From: Methylococcales bacterium
GTDB lineage: Bacteria; Pseudomonadota; Gammaproteobacteria; Methylococcales; Methylomonadaceae
Length of the DNA stretch: 64,000 nucleotides
Assembly: GCA_965224575.1 (NCBI GenBank)
Contig: CBDCZQ010000001.1
Span: 94,798 to 158,797, forward strand
Reading direction: 5' to 3'
The stretch's first letter is position 1. The number at the start of each line of letters is the position of its first letter. The translations under genes were made by a program, and so were the position numbers. Under the pieces are notes generated by a model. It was not told where the DNA came from. It saw only the letters and a program-made list of their open reading frames with translations, and ran no database searches. Shown piece after piece: positions 36,984-45,827 of the stretch.

Positions 36984-39371
36984 GTGAAAATAAAAATATT
37001 TCACCTATTAATGTTGATGACAATATTAAGCTTCCAAACTGTAAAAGGTGAGGATGGCTTTTTAGTTGAAAATATTCAAGTTAAAGGATTGCAAAGAATT
37101 TCGGCAGGAACAGTTTATAACTATCTTCCAGTAACGGCAGGAGAAAAATTTTCTTCTAGTAGCATTAATTTAGCTGTCAAATCTTTATTTAAAACTGGGT
37201 TTTTTAGTGATATTTCTTTAGAAAGGGAAGGCTCAACGCTAGTTGTAACCGTGGTTGAGAGACCAACTATTGCAAAAATAATATTTGAAGGTAATAGTGA
37301 TCTAAGTACCGAAGACTTAACTAAAGCGCTTAAACAGATAGGCTTATCAGAAGGACAGGTGTTTAACCGGCAAATTTTAGATAAAGTAGAACAAGAGTTA
37401 AGACGGCAATATTTTAGTCATGGAAAATATGGTTTGAAAATAAAAACAGAAGTGTCAAAACTGACTAGAAACCGGGTGGGTATACATATTGATATTTCTG
37501 AAGGTCGGGTCGCAAAAATTAAAAATATCAATATTATTGGAAATAAAGTTTTTGAAAATGAAACTTTAACGGATGAATTTGAACTAAGTACTACAAACTG
37601 GTTATCTTTTTATACAAAAGACGATCAATATGCCAAGCAAAAGTTATCTGCTGATCTTGAAAGCTTGCGCTCATATTATTTAGATCGTGGTTACATTAAT
37701 TTTTCTATCGAATCGACACAGGTTGCGATAACGCCCGATAAAAAAGAGATTTATGTCACTGTGAATATAAAAGAAGGCGAATTATTTACCTTAGAAAAAG
37801 TAAAGTTGTCGGGGAATTTAATTGTAGACCCAGAAGAAATGGTTGATTTGGTTCAAGTAGGGCCAGGCGAAATTTTTTCACGAAAGAGTGCGACTCTAAC
37901 ATCTAAAGCTATTTCTGATCGACTAGGTGATGAAGGCTATGTTTTTTCTAATGTGAATATGGTACCTGAAATTGATCAGGAATCAAAAACAGTGGTGATG
38001 ACCTTTTTTGTTGATCCAGGAAAACGTGTTTATGTAAACCGGATTAATATGAGTGGTAATACCAAGACCAGAGATGAGGTTATGCGTCGGGAGCTACGAC
38101 AAATGGAATCTAGTTGGGCTTCAACAAGAAAAATAGAACGATCAAAAACCAGGCTGGAACGGTTAGGGTATTTTGAAGAGGTTAATGTTGAAACACCTGC
38201 GGTAGTCGGTGCATCAGATCAAATTGATGTTAACTACTCTATTACTGAAAAATCTTCGGGTAATTTAATGGCAGGGATCGGGTTTTCTCAGACACAAGGG
38301 GTTGTGTTTAACGCCAATGTTTCTCAAGATAATGTGTTTGGTACAGGAAAAAGAATTAACTTGGCGTTTAATAATAGTGATGTTTCAACGCGATATAGCT
38401 TCGGCTACTTTGATCCCTATTTTACCTTGGATGGTGTGAGTTTAGGTTATGATATTGGTTATACAGCCAGGGATGCGGAAGAAGCAAATATTTCCAGTTA
38501 TTCGACCGATGTGTTTAATTCTGGATTTAACTTTGGTATTCCATTAAATGAAAATGATCGCTTACGATTTAATCTAGACTTTAGACATACTAAATTAAAT
38601 ACAGCGGATGAGGGGAAAATTCATTCGGCTTGTAACAATGGAACGCTTGATGAAGCAAAATATCAATTCACGGGCTCAATACCTCTTTCATCTAATGAAA
38701 TTGCAAGATTTATTTGTAAAAATGGAGAAAAATTCATAACCTTTTTTGGTTCAATAGGTTGGACTCACGATACTTTGAACCGGGCAATCTTTCCTACTGA
38801 TGGAGGGCAACAACGTATATCTGCACTTGCTACTATTCCTGGAAGTGATTTAACCTATTATAAAGTTGCTTATAAACAGCAGTATTATTTTCCTATAGCC
38901 AAAGATTTAACCTTTAGGTTGTTGGGTGAAATTGCTTATGGAGATGGTTATGGAGATACCAACGAATTACCATTTTTTGAGCATTATTATGGTGGAGGTG
39001 TGCGTTCTGTTCGAGGGTTTGAAGATAATACTCTTGGACCCAGAGATTCTCAAAATAGGGCTTTTGGGGGATCAACTAAAATTGCTGGAAAGGCAGAATT
39101 ATTTTTCCCCGTTCCTTTTTTTAGTGATGTAAGGTCAATAAGGATCGGAGCCTTTGTAGATGCGGGTATGATTGATGATGGTTTTGACTTTGGAGAAATG
39201 AGATATTCTGCTGGTGTTTCAGGTGAATGGCTATCACCTTTTGGTGCTTTGTCTATTAGTTTTGCTGTGCCTTTAAATGCGAAAGAAGACATAAAGGATC
39301 GTTTTGGAAACATAGTTGAGCGCGGGGATGAGGAACAGCTATTTCAGTTCTCATTTGGCTCTGGGTTTTAG
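36984..39371 (+). CDS. bamA: Outer membrane protein assembly factor BamA
   Basis: 795 aa. Five POTRA-like repeats (IQVKGLQRISAGTVYNYL..., IIFEGN..., INIIGNKVF..., KLSGNLIV..., INMSGNTKTRDEVMRREL) precede the barrel. The ending is ...FQFSFGSGF. Confidence 0.93.
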   Translation: MKIKIFHLLMLMTILSFQTVKGEDGFLVENIQVKGLQRISAGTVYNYLPVTAGEKFSSSSINLAVKSLFKTGFFSDISLEREGSTLVVTVVERPTIAKIIFEGNSDLSTEDLTKALKQIGLSEGQVFNRQILDKVEQELRRQYFSHGKYGLKIKTEVSKLTRNRVGIHIDISEGRVAKIKNINIIGNKVFENETLTDEFELSTTNWLSFYTKDDQYAKQKLSADLESLRSYYLDRGYINFSIESTQVAITPDKKEIYVTVNIKEGELFTLEKVKLSGNLIVDPEEMVDLVQVGPGEIFSRKSATLTSKAISDRLGDEGYVFSNVNMVPEIDQESKTVVMTFFVDPGKRVYVNRINMSGNTKTRDEVMRRELRQMESSWASTRKIERSKTRLERLGYFEEVNVETPAVVGASDQIDVNYSITEKSSGNLMAGIGFSQTQGVVFNANVSQDNVFGTGKRINLAFNNSDVSTRYSFGYFDPYFTLDGVSLGYDIGYTARDAEEANISSYSTDVFNSGFNFGIPLNENDRLRFNLDFRHTKLNTADEGKIHSACNNGTLDEAKYQFTGSIPLSSNEIARFICKNGEKFITFFGSIGWTHDTLNRAIFPTDGGQQRISALATIPGSDLTYYKVAYKQQYYFPIAKDLTFRLLGEIAYGDGYGDTNELPFFEHYYGGGVRSVRGFEDNTLGPRDSQNRAFGGSTKIAGKAELFFPVPFFSDVRSIRIGAFVDAGMIDDGFDFGEMRYSAGVSGEWLSPFGALSISFAVPLNAKEDIKDRFGNIVERGDEEQLFQFSFGSGF

Positions 39372-39499
39372 GTATAAGGTTTTTATTTTATTTTTTGTAT
39401 CGCTTCACCTAATACCCCATCGTGTGTTAGGTTAGTTTGTATACTGTTCACTTGAATATTAGTTTTTATATTCAAATAATTTTATGATTTAGAGATAGG

Positions 39500-40006
39500 T
39501 TGATGATGAAAAAAAGAGGTTCTTTATTTTTAGCACTTTTGCTTGCAGCTAACGTAAGTTATGCTGAAATAAAAATTGGTTTTGTTAATGTAGCTAGGGT
39601 TCTTGAAAAAGCACCACAAGCAGAAAAAGCAAAAAAACGATTAGAAAAGGAGTTTTCACCACGCGACAAGCATCTGGTTTCGCAAGGCAAAGAAATCAAA
39701 AAGCTTGAAGAAAAATTAAATCGTGATGCTTCCGTTATGGGTGAATCAGAGCGGATTAAACTTGAAAGAGATATTATTGCCAAGAGACGGGAAGCTAAAA
39801 GATCTCAACAAGAGTATAGTGAAGATTTGAATATGCGTAACAATGAAGAGTTTAGAAAGTTGCAACGCAGAATTTTTGAAGCAGTAAAAATTCTGGCAAA
39901 AGATGAAAAATTTGACTTAATATTAACAGATGGTGTTATCCATGCTAGCCCTGCAATTGATATTACCGAACAGGTTCAGAAAAAGCTGTTAAATTTATCA
40001 GATTAG
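39500..40006 (+). CDS. skp: Periplasmic chaperone Skp (OmpH)
   Basis: 168 aa. Signal peptide, then KIGFVNVARVLEKAPQAEKAKKRLEKEF and a coiled-coil, Lys/Glu-rich body. It lies directly after bamA. Confidence 0.85.
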   Translation: MMMKKRGSLFLALLLAANVSYAEIKIGFVNVARVLEKAPQAEKAKKRLEKEFSPRDKHLVSQGKEIKKLEEKLNRDASVMGESERIKLERDIIAKRREAKRSQQEYSEDLNMRNNEEFRKLQRRIFEAVKILAKDEKFDLILTDGVIHASPAIDITEQVQKKLLNLSD

Positions 40007-40040
40007 TTTTTAAAATCAGAGAGTAGATAAGAGGGGACGA

Positions 40041-40208
40041 TTAAAAGTGAAGTAAAGTAGAAGTTTTATCTTTTTCTTTATGAAGCAGCTCACCAACTCT
40101 CGCGTAGGTTAGGCTAGAGTTCTATCGTTACCTAACATTTTTAGCATACCGTTTGTTGGGTTGCCGAAGAGACGGCAGTCCAACCTACATTATTACTTCA
40201 CTTTTAAG
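40041..40208. repeat. BIME-like composite repeat, inverted copy of 6004-6165, occupying the skp-fabZ gap
   Basis: TIRs AAAAGTGAAGTAAAG (40043-40057) and TTACTTCACTTTTAA (40194-40208). The interior is GTAGGTTAGGCTAGAGTTCTATCGTTACCTAAC ... GTTGGGTTGCCGAAGAGACGGCAGTCCAACCTAC. Confidence 0.8.
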
Positions 40209-40226
40209 AAAACCTGGTAGATATAG

Positions 40227-40670
40227 ATGGCTGGACCATTAGATATATTACAAATTCAAGAACTTTTGCCTCATAGATATCCTTTTTTATTGGTAGATAA
40301 GGTTATAGAGTGTGAATCTAAAGTCCGTTTGTTAGCCTGTAAAAATGTGACATTTAACGAACCTTTTTTTCAAGGACATTTTCCAAAACAACCCGTGTTT
40401 CCAGGCGTTTTAATGCTTGAAGCATTGGCTCAAGCAACAGCTTTATTAACGTCTCAATCAGATGATCAATTTGGGACAGGAACGACTTATTTTTTGGCAG
40501 GTATTGATAAAGCACGTTTTAAGAAACAAGTGGGGCCAGGGGACCAGTTAATGTTAGAAGTTATCTATGTTAAAAGCAGACGAAATATATGGTCTTTTGA
40601 ATGTCGAGCTGAAGTTGATGGTGAGCTTGCGGCAAGTGCAAATATCATGTGCGCAGCAGTGGTAGGATAG
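40227..40670 (+). CDS. fabZ: 3-hydroxyacyl-ACP dehydratase
   Basis: [14 protein letters not shown]...[23 protein letters not shown], canonical FabZ motifs. 147 aa. Confidence 0.93.
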   Translation: MAGPLDILQIQELLPHRYPFLLVDKVIECESKVRLLACKNVTFNEPFFQGHFPKQPVFPGVLMLEALAQATALLTSQSDDQFGTGTTYFLAGIDKARFKKQVGPGDQLMLEVIYVKSRRNIWSFECRAEVDGELAASANIMCAAVVG

Positions 40671-40671
40671 T

Positions 40672-41442
40672 TTGATAGATTCTAGAGCAATTGTTGATTT
40701 AAATGCAGAAGTAGCAGACGATGTGACGATAGGGCCTTTTTCTATTATTGGTGCTGATGTACAAATTGACTCAGGGTCAGTCATTGGGCCGCATGTTGTT
40801 ATTAAAGGTTCAACGGCAATAGGAAAAGATAATCATATTTATCAGTTTAGCTCCATTGGTGAAGATCCTCAGGATCAAAAATATGCTGATGAAGAAACGC
40901 GGCTAGAGATTGGCGATAGAAATATTATCCGTGAGTTTACAACAATGCATAGAGGGACTTTGCAAGACAAAGGATTAACCTTGATTGGTAGCGATAATTT
41001 ATTTATGGCTTATACTCATGTCGCTCATGATTGTATGATTGGTGATCATGTCATTATGGCAAATGGAGCATCTATTGCTGGTCATGTTCATTTAGGTGAT
41101 CATGCAATTTTAGGCGGTTTCACTTTAGTCCATCAGTTTACTCAAATAGGTGCTTATAGTTTTTCTGCTATGGGTAGTGCCATTACACAAGATATTCCTC
41201 CATTTGTTATGGTTGGAGGAAGGCCAACTCGTCCCTATGGGATAAATTCTGTTGGTATGGAAAGGATAGGTATTTCGCCAGAAGTGGTCCGACAAATAAG
41301 AAAAGCCTATAAAATTTTGTATAAAACTAATATGCGTCTTGAAGATGCAATAGAGGAAATGGAAGACCTTGCTGGTGAAAGTAAAGAGTTGTCAGATATG
41401 GTTAGTTTTTTACGCAATGTTACGCGAGGGATTTTAAGATAA
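40672..41442 (+). CDS. lpxA: UDP-N-acetylglucosamine acyltransferase
   Basis: Hexapeptide beta-helix ([27 protein letters not shown]...) followed by [24 protein letters not shown] and a helical C-terminal domain. 256 aa, TTG start 1 nt after the fabZ stop. Confidence 0.9.
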   Translation: MIDSRAIVDLNAEVADDVTIGPFSIIGADVQIDSGSVIGPHVVIKGSTAIGKDNHIYQFSSIGEDPQDQKYADEETRLEIGDRNIIREFTTMHRGTLQDKGLTLIGSDNLFMAYTHVAHDCMIGDHVIMANGASIAGHVHLGDHAILGGFTLVHQFTQIGAYSFSAMGSAITQDIPPFVMVGGRPTRPYGINSVGMERIGISPEVVRQIRKAYKILYKTNMRLEDAIEEMEDLAGESKELSDMVSFLRNVTRGILR

Positions 41443-42059
41443 ATTCTCAAGTTGTAGCTGGTATTGATGAAGTTGGAAGAGGGTGTATTGTTGGAGCAGT
41501 CGTTGCTGCGGTTGTTATTTTAGATAAAGATAGGCCTATTTTTGGTTTAACAGATTCTAAAAAACTGACTGCCAAGAAACGACAAGAATTTTCTAGTTTG
41601 ATTAAATCACATGCGTTGGCTTGGGCAATAGGCAGGGTAGAACCGAGTGAAATAGATCAACTGAATATTCTTCAAGCTACCTTATTAGCAATGAAAAGAG
41701 CCTATTCCCAACTCCATATTATTCCTGATTGGGTTCAAGTGGACGGTACTTTTTATCCAAATATAGCTAGCCCTGGCGAAACAATTATTCAGGGTGACTC
41801 TAAAGTGGCTGAAATTTCAGCAGCTTCAATTATAGCTAAAGTAGCAAGAGATGAAGAAATGAGCACTTTAGATTTGTTATATCCCGGCTATGAATTTTCT
41901 AAGCATAAAGGTTATCCAACAAAATTGCACTTGGAAAGGTTAGCTAGTTTAGGAATAACTGAACAGCATAGACGATCATATTCTCCTGTAAAAAAACAAT
42001 TAGCATTAGCTAATGCTTCATTTACTACGAAATTTTCCAGCTTAGGAATGAGGATTTAA
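41439..42059 (+). CDS. rnhB: Ribonuclease HII; no canonical start codon upstream of the catalytic motif
   Basis: The frame is open from 41406 and reads ...(I)[28 protein letters not shown]...[10 protein letters not shown]...ATLLAMKRA...[20 protein letters not shown]...GYPT. The first ATG/GTG/TTG in frame is TTG 41598, downstream of DEVGRG. The 5' coordinate is therefore provisional (ATA 41439 or ATT 41463). Confidence 0.75.
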   Translation: MNSQVVAGIDEVGRGCIVGAVVAAVVILDKDRPIFGLTDSKKLTAKKRQEFSSLIKSHALAWAIGRVEPSEIDQLNILQATLLAMKRAYSQLHIIPDWVQVDGTFYPNIASPGETIIQGDSKVAEISAASIIAKVARDEEMSTLDLLYPGYEFSKHKGYPTKLHLERLASLGITEQHRRSYSPVKKQLALANASFTTKFSSLGMRI

Positions 42060-42203
42060 TAATATCCGGTTCTTGGCGCAGAGTTTTTGTTCGTATTCAA
42101 GGCGTATAAACTGGCGCATAGCAGGTTACGCAACTATTTCTATAACGCAGAAGACGGACAAAAAAACAAGTCAAGAATCCGATATTATTAAATCCTCGTT
42201 CCT
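42044..42203. repeat. MITE-like 160-bp element (TIR AGGAxTGAGGATTTAATAATATCCG)
   Basis: AGGAATGAGGATTTAATAATATCCGG at 42044-42069 pairs with CCGATATTATTAAATCCTCGTTCCT at 42179-42203. A 195-bp relative lies at 59212-59406. The left TIR supplies the last codons and stop of rnhB. Confidence 0.8.
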
Positions 42204-42296
42204 TAATGTCAATTATTTATGCTACTAGTATAATAAGCGATTAAATCCTCACTTTCTTTAACAGAAAAATCAAATCGTCAATATAAAAATGCCTTC

Positions 42297-45200
42297 ATGA
42301 AACCTGAGTTTGTCCATTTACGCGTTCATTCTGAATTCTCATTAGTAGATGGAATTGTCAAAATAAAACCATTAGTTAAGAAATTGCTTGGTTTTAATAT
42401 GCCTGCTGTTGCGCTAACAGAACAATCCAATCTTTTTTCATTAGTTAAGTTTTATCAAGCAACCCAATCTCAGGGTATTAAAGCAATTGTAGGCTCAGAT
42501 GTTTATATAGTTAATGCCGAAGACCCTGAAAAACCTTTTAGACTGACCTTAATTGCTAGAGATAACAAAGGCTATACAACACTAACAGAGTTAGTTTCCA
42601 AGGCTTATCAGGAAGGACAATATCAAGATGTTCCGATGATAAAAAAGGAGTGGATTAAGGTTAATCATCAAGGGTTGATTGCAATCTCTGCGGGGATGGA
42701 AGGGGATGTGGGAATTGCTCTTTTAGCTGATAAGCATGAAATTGCCGAACAATGTGCATCTGATTGGATGGAAATTTTTGATCAGAATTTTTATCTTGAA
42801 ATCCAACGTGTAGGGAAGAATGAGGAAGAACGTTATCTCCAGTCTGCCGTAGAACTGGCACTAAAACTTGATTTACCTGTTGTAGCCACTAATGATGTGC
42901 GGTTTTTAGATAAAGCAGATTTTGATTCACATGAAGTACGTGTTTGTATTAATCAGGGAAGAGTTCTGGATGATACTCGGCGACCAAAAGATTATACCAA
43001 TCAACAATATCTTCGTAGTACAGAAGAGATGTTGGAATTATTTTCAGATATTCCAGAAGCTTTAGAAAATACGGTAGAAATAGCCAAACGATGCAATGTT
43101 GAATTAACCCTAGGAAAAAATTATTTACCCGATTTCCCTGTTCCTGAAGGAATGACCTTAGATGAGTTTTTTATTGATGCATCAAAAAAAGGGCTTGATG
43201 AAAGGTTGCAACAATACCCGGCGATTGGAGAGGGGACGGAAGAAGAGAATTTTAAAGTCTATGCAGATCGCTTAGAGTTAGAGTTAAACGTAATCACCCA
43301 AATGGGCTTTCCTGGCTATTTTATGATTGTTGCTGACTTTATTCAGTGGGCTAAAAATCAATTGATTCCAGTTGGGCCGGGCAGAGGGTCTGGAGCGGGT
43401 TCCTTAGTTGCCTATGCACTTAAAATTACAGACCTTGACCCTATAGAATTCGATTTATTATTCGAACGGTTTTTAAATCCAGAACGGGTTTCCATGCCAG
43501 ATTTTGATATTGATTTTTGTATGGATAGGCGCGATGAAGTGATTGATTATGTCGCCAGATATTATGGACGGGATCATGTTTCACAAATTATCACATACGG
43601 ATCAATGGCTGCAAAAGCGGTGATACGAGATGTTGGACGAGTTTCTTCATTTGCTTACGGGTTTGTTGATAGCCTAGCTAAGTTAGTGCCGTTTGAAATA
43701 GGGATGACGCTAACTAAAGCATTACAGGAAAGCCCAGATTTAAAACAACGTTACGAGTCAGAAGAGGATGTAAAGTCTTTGATTGATATGGCGCTTTCTT
43801 TGGAGGGGATATCAAGAAATGCTGGTAAACACGCCGGTGGTGTTGTTATATCCCCAACTAAACTGACCGATTTTTCACCGCTTTATTGTGAAGAGGGTGG
43901 TGGAAATTTAGTCACCCAGTTTGATAAAGATGATGTAGAAGCCGTGGGTCTGGTTAAGTTTGATTTTTTAGGCTTAAGAACTTTAACCATTATTGATTGG
44001 GCGCTGCAGACCATTAATGCACGAAAAAAACAACATAATGAATCCTTAGTCGATATAACCCAGATTCCTCGTGATGATGAAACAACCTATGCAGAAATAT
44101 TTATAAAATGTCAGACAACGGCTGTATTTCAGTTGGAATCTCGTGGTATGAAAGAATTGATCAGGAAGTTAAAGCCTGATTGTTTTGATGACATTATTGC
44201 TCTAGTTGCATTATTTAGACCTGGGCCGTTAGAGTCAGGGATGGTTGATGATTATATTAATGTTAAACATGGAGCCAAAGCTGAATATGCACACCCATTA
44301 CTGGTTGATATTTTAAGCCCAACAAATGGCGTTATTTTGTATCAGGAACAAGTGATGCAAATTGCCAGGGAATTAGCTGGCTATACCTTAGGTGGCGCGG
44401 ATATGTTGCGTCGAGCTATGGGTAAGAAAAAACCGGAAGAAATGGCCAAGCAACGGACAATCTTCACGGAAGGAGCAATTAAAAATCAAATTGATGAATC
44501 AATAGCAACCTACGTTTTTGATTTGATGGAAAAGTTTGCAGGCTATGGGTTTAATAAATCACATTCTGCTGCTTATGCTTTAATTGCCTACCAGACTGCA
44601 TGGCTTAAACGACATTATCCCTCAGCATTTATGGCTGCTGTTATGTCATCCGATATGGACAATACGGATAAGGTGGTCATATTAATTCAAGAATGCAAGG
44701 AAATGAAATTAACCTTGTACCCGCCTGATATTAACCTATCGAATTTTAAATTTACCATTAATGATAAAAACGAAATTCTCTATGGTATCGGTGCTATCAA
44801 AGGGGTAGGTGAGGCTGCCATTGAAGACTTGTTAAAGGAACGAAAAGAAAATGGGGCATTTGCTGGGCTGTATGATTTATGTAAACGTGTTGAATTACGC
44901 AAGGTAAACAAAAGGGTGCTGGAAGCACTGATAAAAGGTGGGGCTTTTGATAATATTGATGATAATAGAGTTGCTCATTTAGCCGAATTGCCTACCGTGT
45001 TAAGGGTAGCAGACCAGCATGGAAAAATGAGTCAGACAGGCCAAAATGATATGTTTGGTTTGGCAGTCAATGTAGAAAAGAGTGATGACTTGGAAGCCTA
45101 TACAACCATAGTTGAGCGATGGACTGAAAAAGAAAAGCTTGAGGAAGAAAAGGTAACATTAGGCCTCTATCTGACAGGCCATCCAATTAAACAATACGAA

Positions 45201-45791
45201 GAGGAATTAAAGCATATCAGGAATGCAAGTATTGCCTCTTTACTTGCTGATGCAGAAAGATCAAAATCTAAAATGGAAGCAAGGGTTGTTGGGTTGGTTG
45301 TAGAAATGAGAGTTAGGCAAACAAAAAAAGGAACGATGATGGGGTTTGCAATTTTGGATGATATAACGGGTAAAATAGAAGTTGCTGCTTTTAGTAAAAC
45401 CTTTGAAGCCTATAAACATATTTTATTAAAAGATACTATTATAGTGGCAGAAGGCCCTGTAGAAGCCAATGATTTTTCGGGTGGATATAGTTTAAGAGCA
45501 GATAGATTATATACTTTTGAAGAGGCACGAGAGTTATTTGCTAGAAGTATAGTGCTAAACTTTGAAGGGGCAGAAAAACAATTGACTATAAAGCCTTTGA
45601 TTGAAAGCTTAAAAGATATTTTAAAACCATTTATAGGCGGAAATTGTCCTCTGCAAATAGCATATTGTTCAAACGAAGCAAAAGCTTCTTTGCAATTGGG
45701 TGATGAATGGAGAGTTCATCCAACAGATGAATTAATTGCAGGTTTAACAAAATTTTTTTTAGCTGATAATGTTCAGGTGAAATACCGCTAA
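42297..45791 (+). CDS. dnaE: DNA polymerase III alpha subunit
   Basis: 1164 aa. PHP domain FVHLRVHSEFSLVDG, polymerase core GPGRGSGAGSLVAYALKITDLDP, PDFDIDF, HAGGVVI, and FNKSHSAAYALIAYQTAWLK. Confidence 0.95.
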   Translation: MKPEFVHLRVHSEFSLVDGIVKIKPLVKKLLGFNMPAVALTEQSNLFSLVKFYQATQSQGIKAIVGSDVYIVNAEDPEKPFRLTLIARDNKGYTTLTELVSKAYQEGQYQDVPMIKKEWIKVNHQGLIAISAGMEGDVGIALLADKHEIAEQCASDWMEIFDQNFYLEIQRVGKNEEERYLQSAVELALKLDLPVVATNDVRFLDKADFDSHEVRVCINQGRVLDDTRRPKDYTNQQYLRSTEEMLELFSDIPEALENTVEIAKRCNVELTLGKNYLPDFPVPEGMTLDEFFIDASKKGLDERLQQYPAIGEGTEEENFKVYADRLELELNVITQMGFPGYFMIVADFIQWAKNQLIPVGPGRGSGAGSLVAYALKITDLDPIEFDLLFERFLNPERVSMPDFDIDFCMDRRDEVIDYVARYYGRDHVSQIITYGSMAAKAVIRDVGRVSSFAYGFVDSLAKLVPFEIGMTLTKALQESPDLKQRYESEEDVKSLIDMALSLEGISRNAGKHAGGVVISPTKLTDFSPLYCEEGGGNLVTQFDKDDVEAVGLVKFDFLGLRTLTIIDWALQTINARKKQHNESLVDITQIPRDDETTYAEIFIKCQTTAVFQLESRGMKELIRKLKPDCFDDIIALVALFRPGPLESGMVDDYINVKHGAKAEYAHPLLVDILSPTNGVILYQEQVMQIARELAGYTLGGADMLRRAMGKKKPEEMAKQRTIFTEGAIKNQIDESIATYVFDLMEKFAGYGFNKSHSAAYALIAYQTAWLKRHYPSAFMAAVMSSDMDNTDKVVILIQECKEMKLTLYPPDINLSNFKFTINDKNEILYGIGAIKGVGEAAIEDLLKERKENGAFAGLYDLCKRVELRKVNKRVLEALIKGGAFDNIDDNRVAHLAELPTVLRVADQHGKMSQTGQNDMFGLAVNVEKSDDLEAYTTIVERWTEKEKLEEEKVTLGLYLTGHPIKQYEEELKHIRNASIASLLADAERSKSKMEARVVGLVVEMRVRQTKKGTMMGFAILDDITGKIEVAAFSKTFEAYKHILLKDTIIVAEGPVEANDFSGGYSLRADRLYTFEEARELFARSIVLNFEGAEKQLTIKPLIESLKDILKPFIGGNCPLQIAYCSNEAKASLQLGDEWRVHPTDELIAGLTKFFLADNVQVKYR

Positions 45792-45827
45792 TAGAATGTT
45801 GTGATCGTGTGATGAATAAATACGAAA

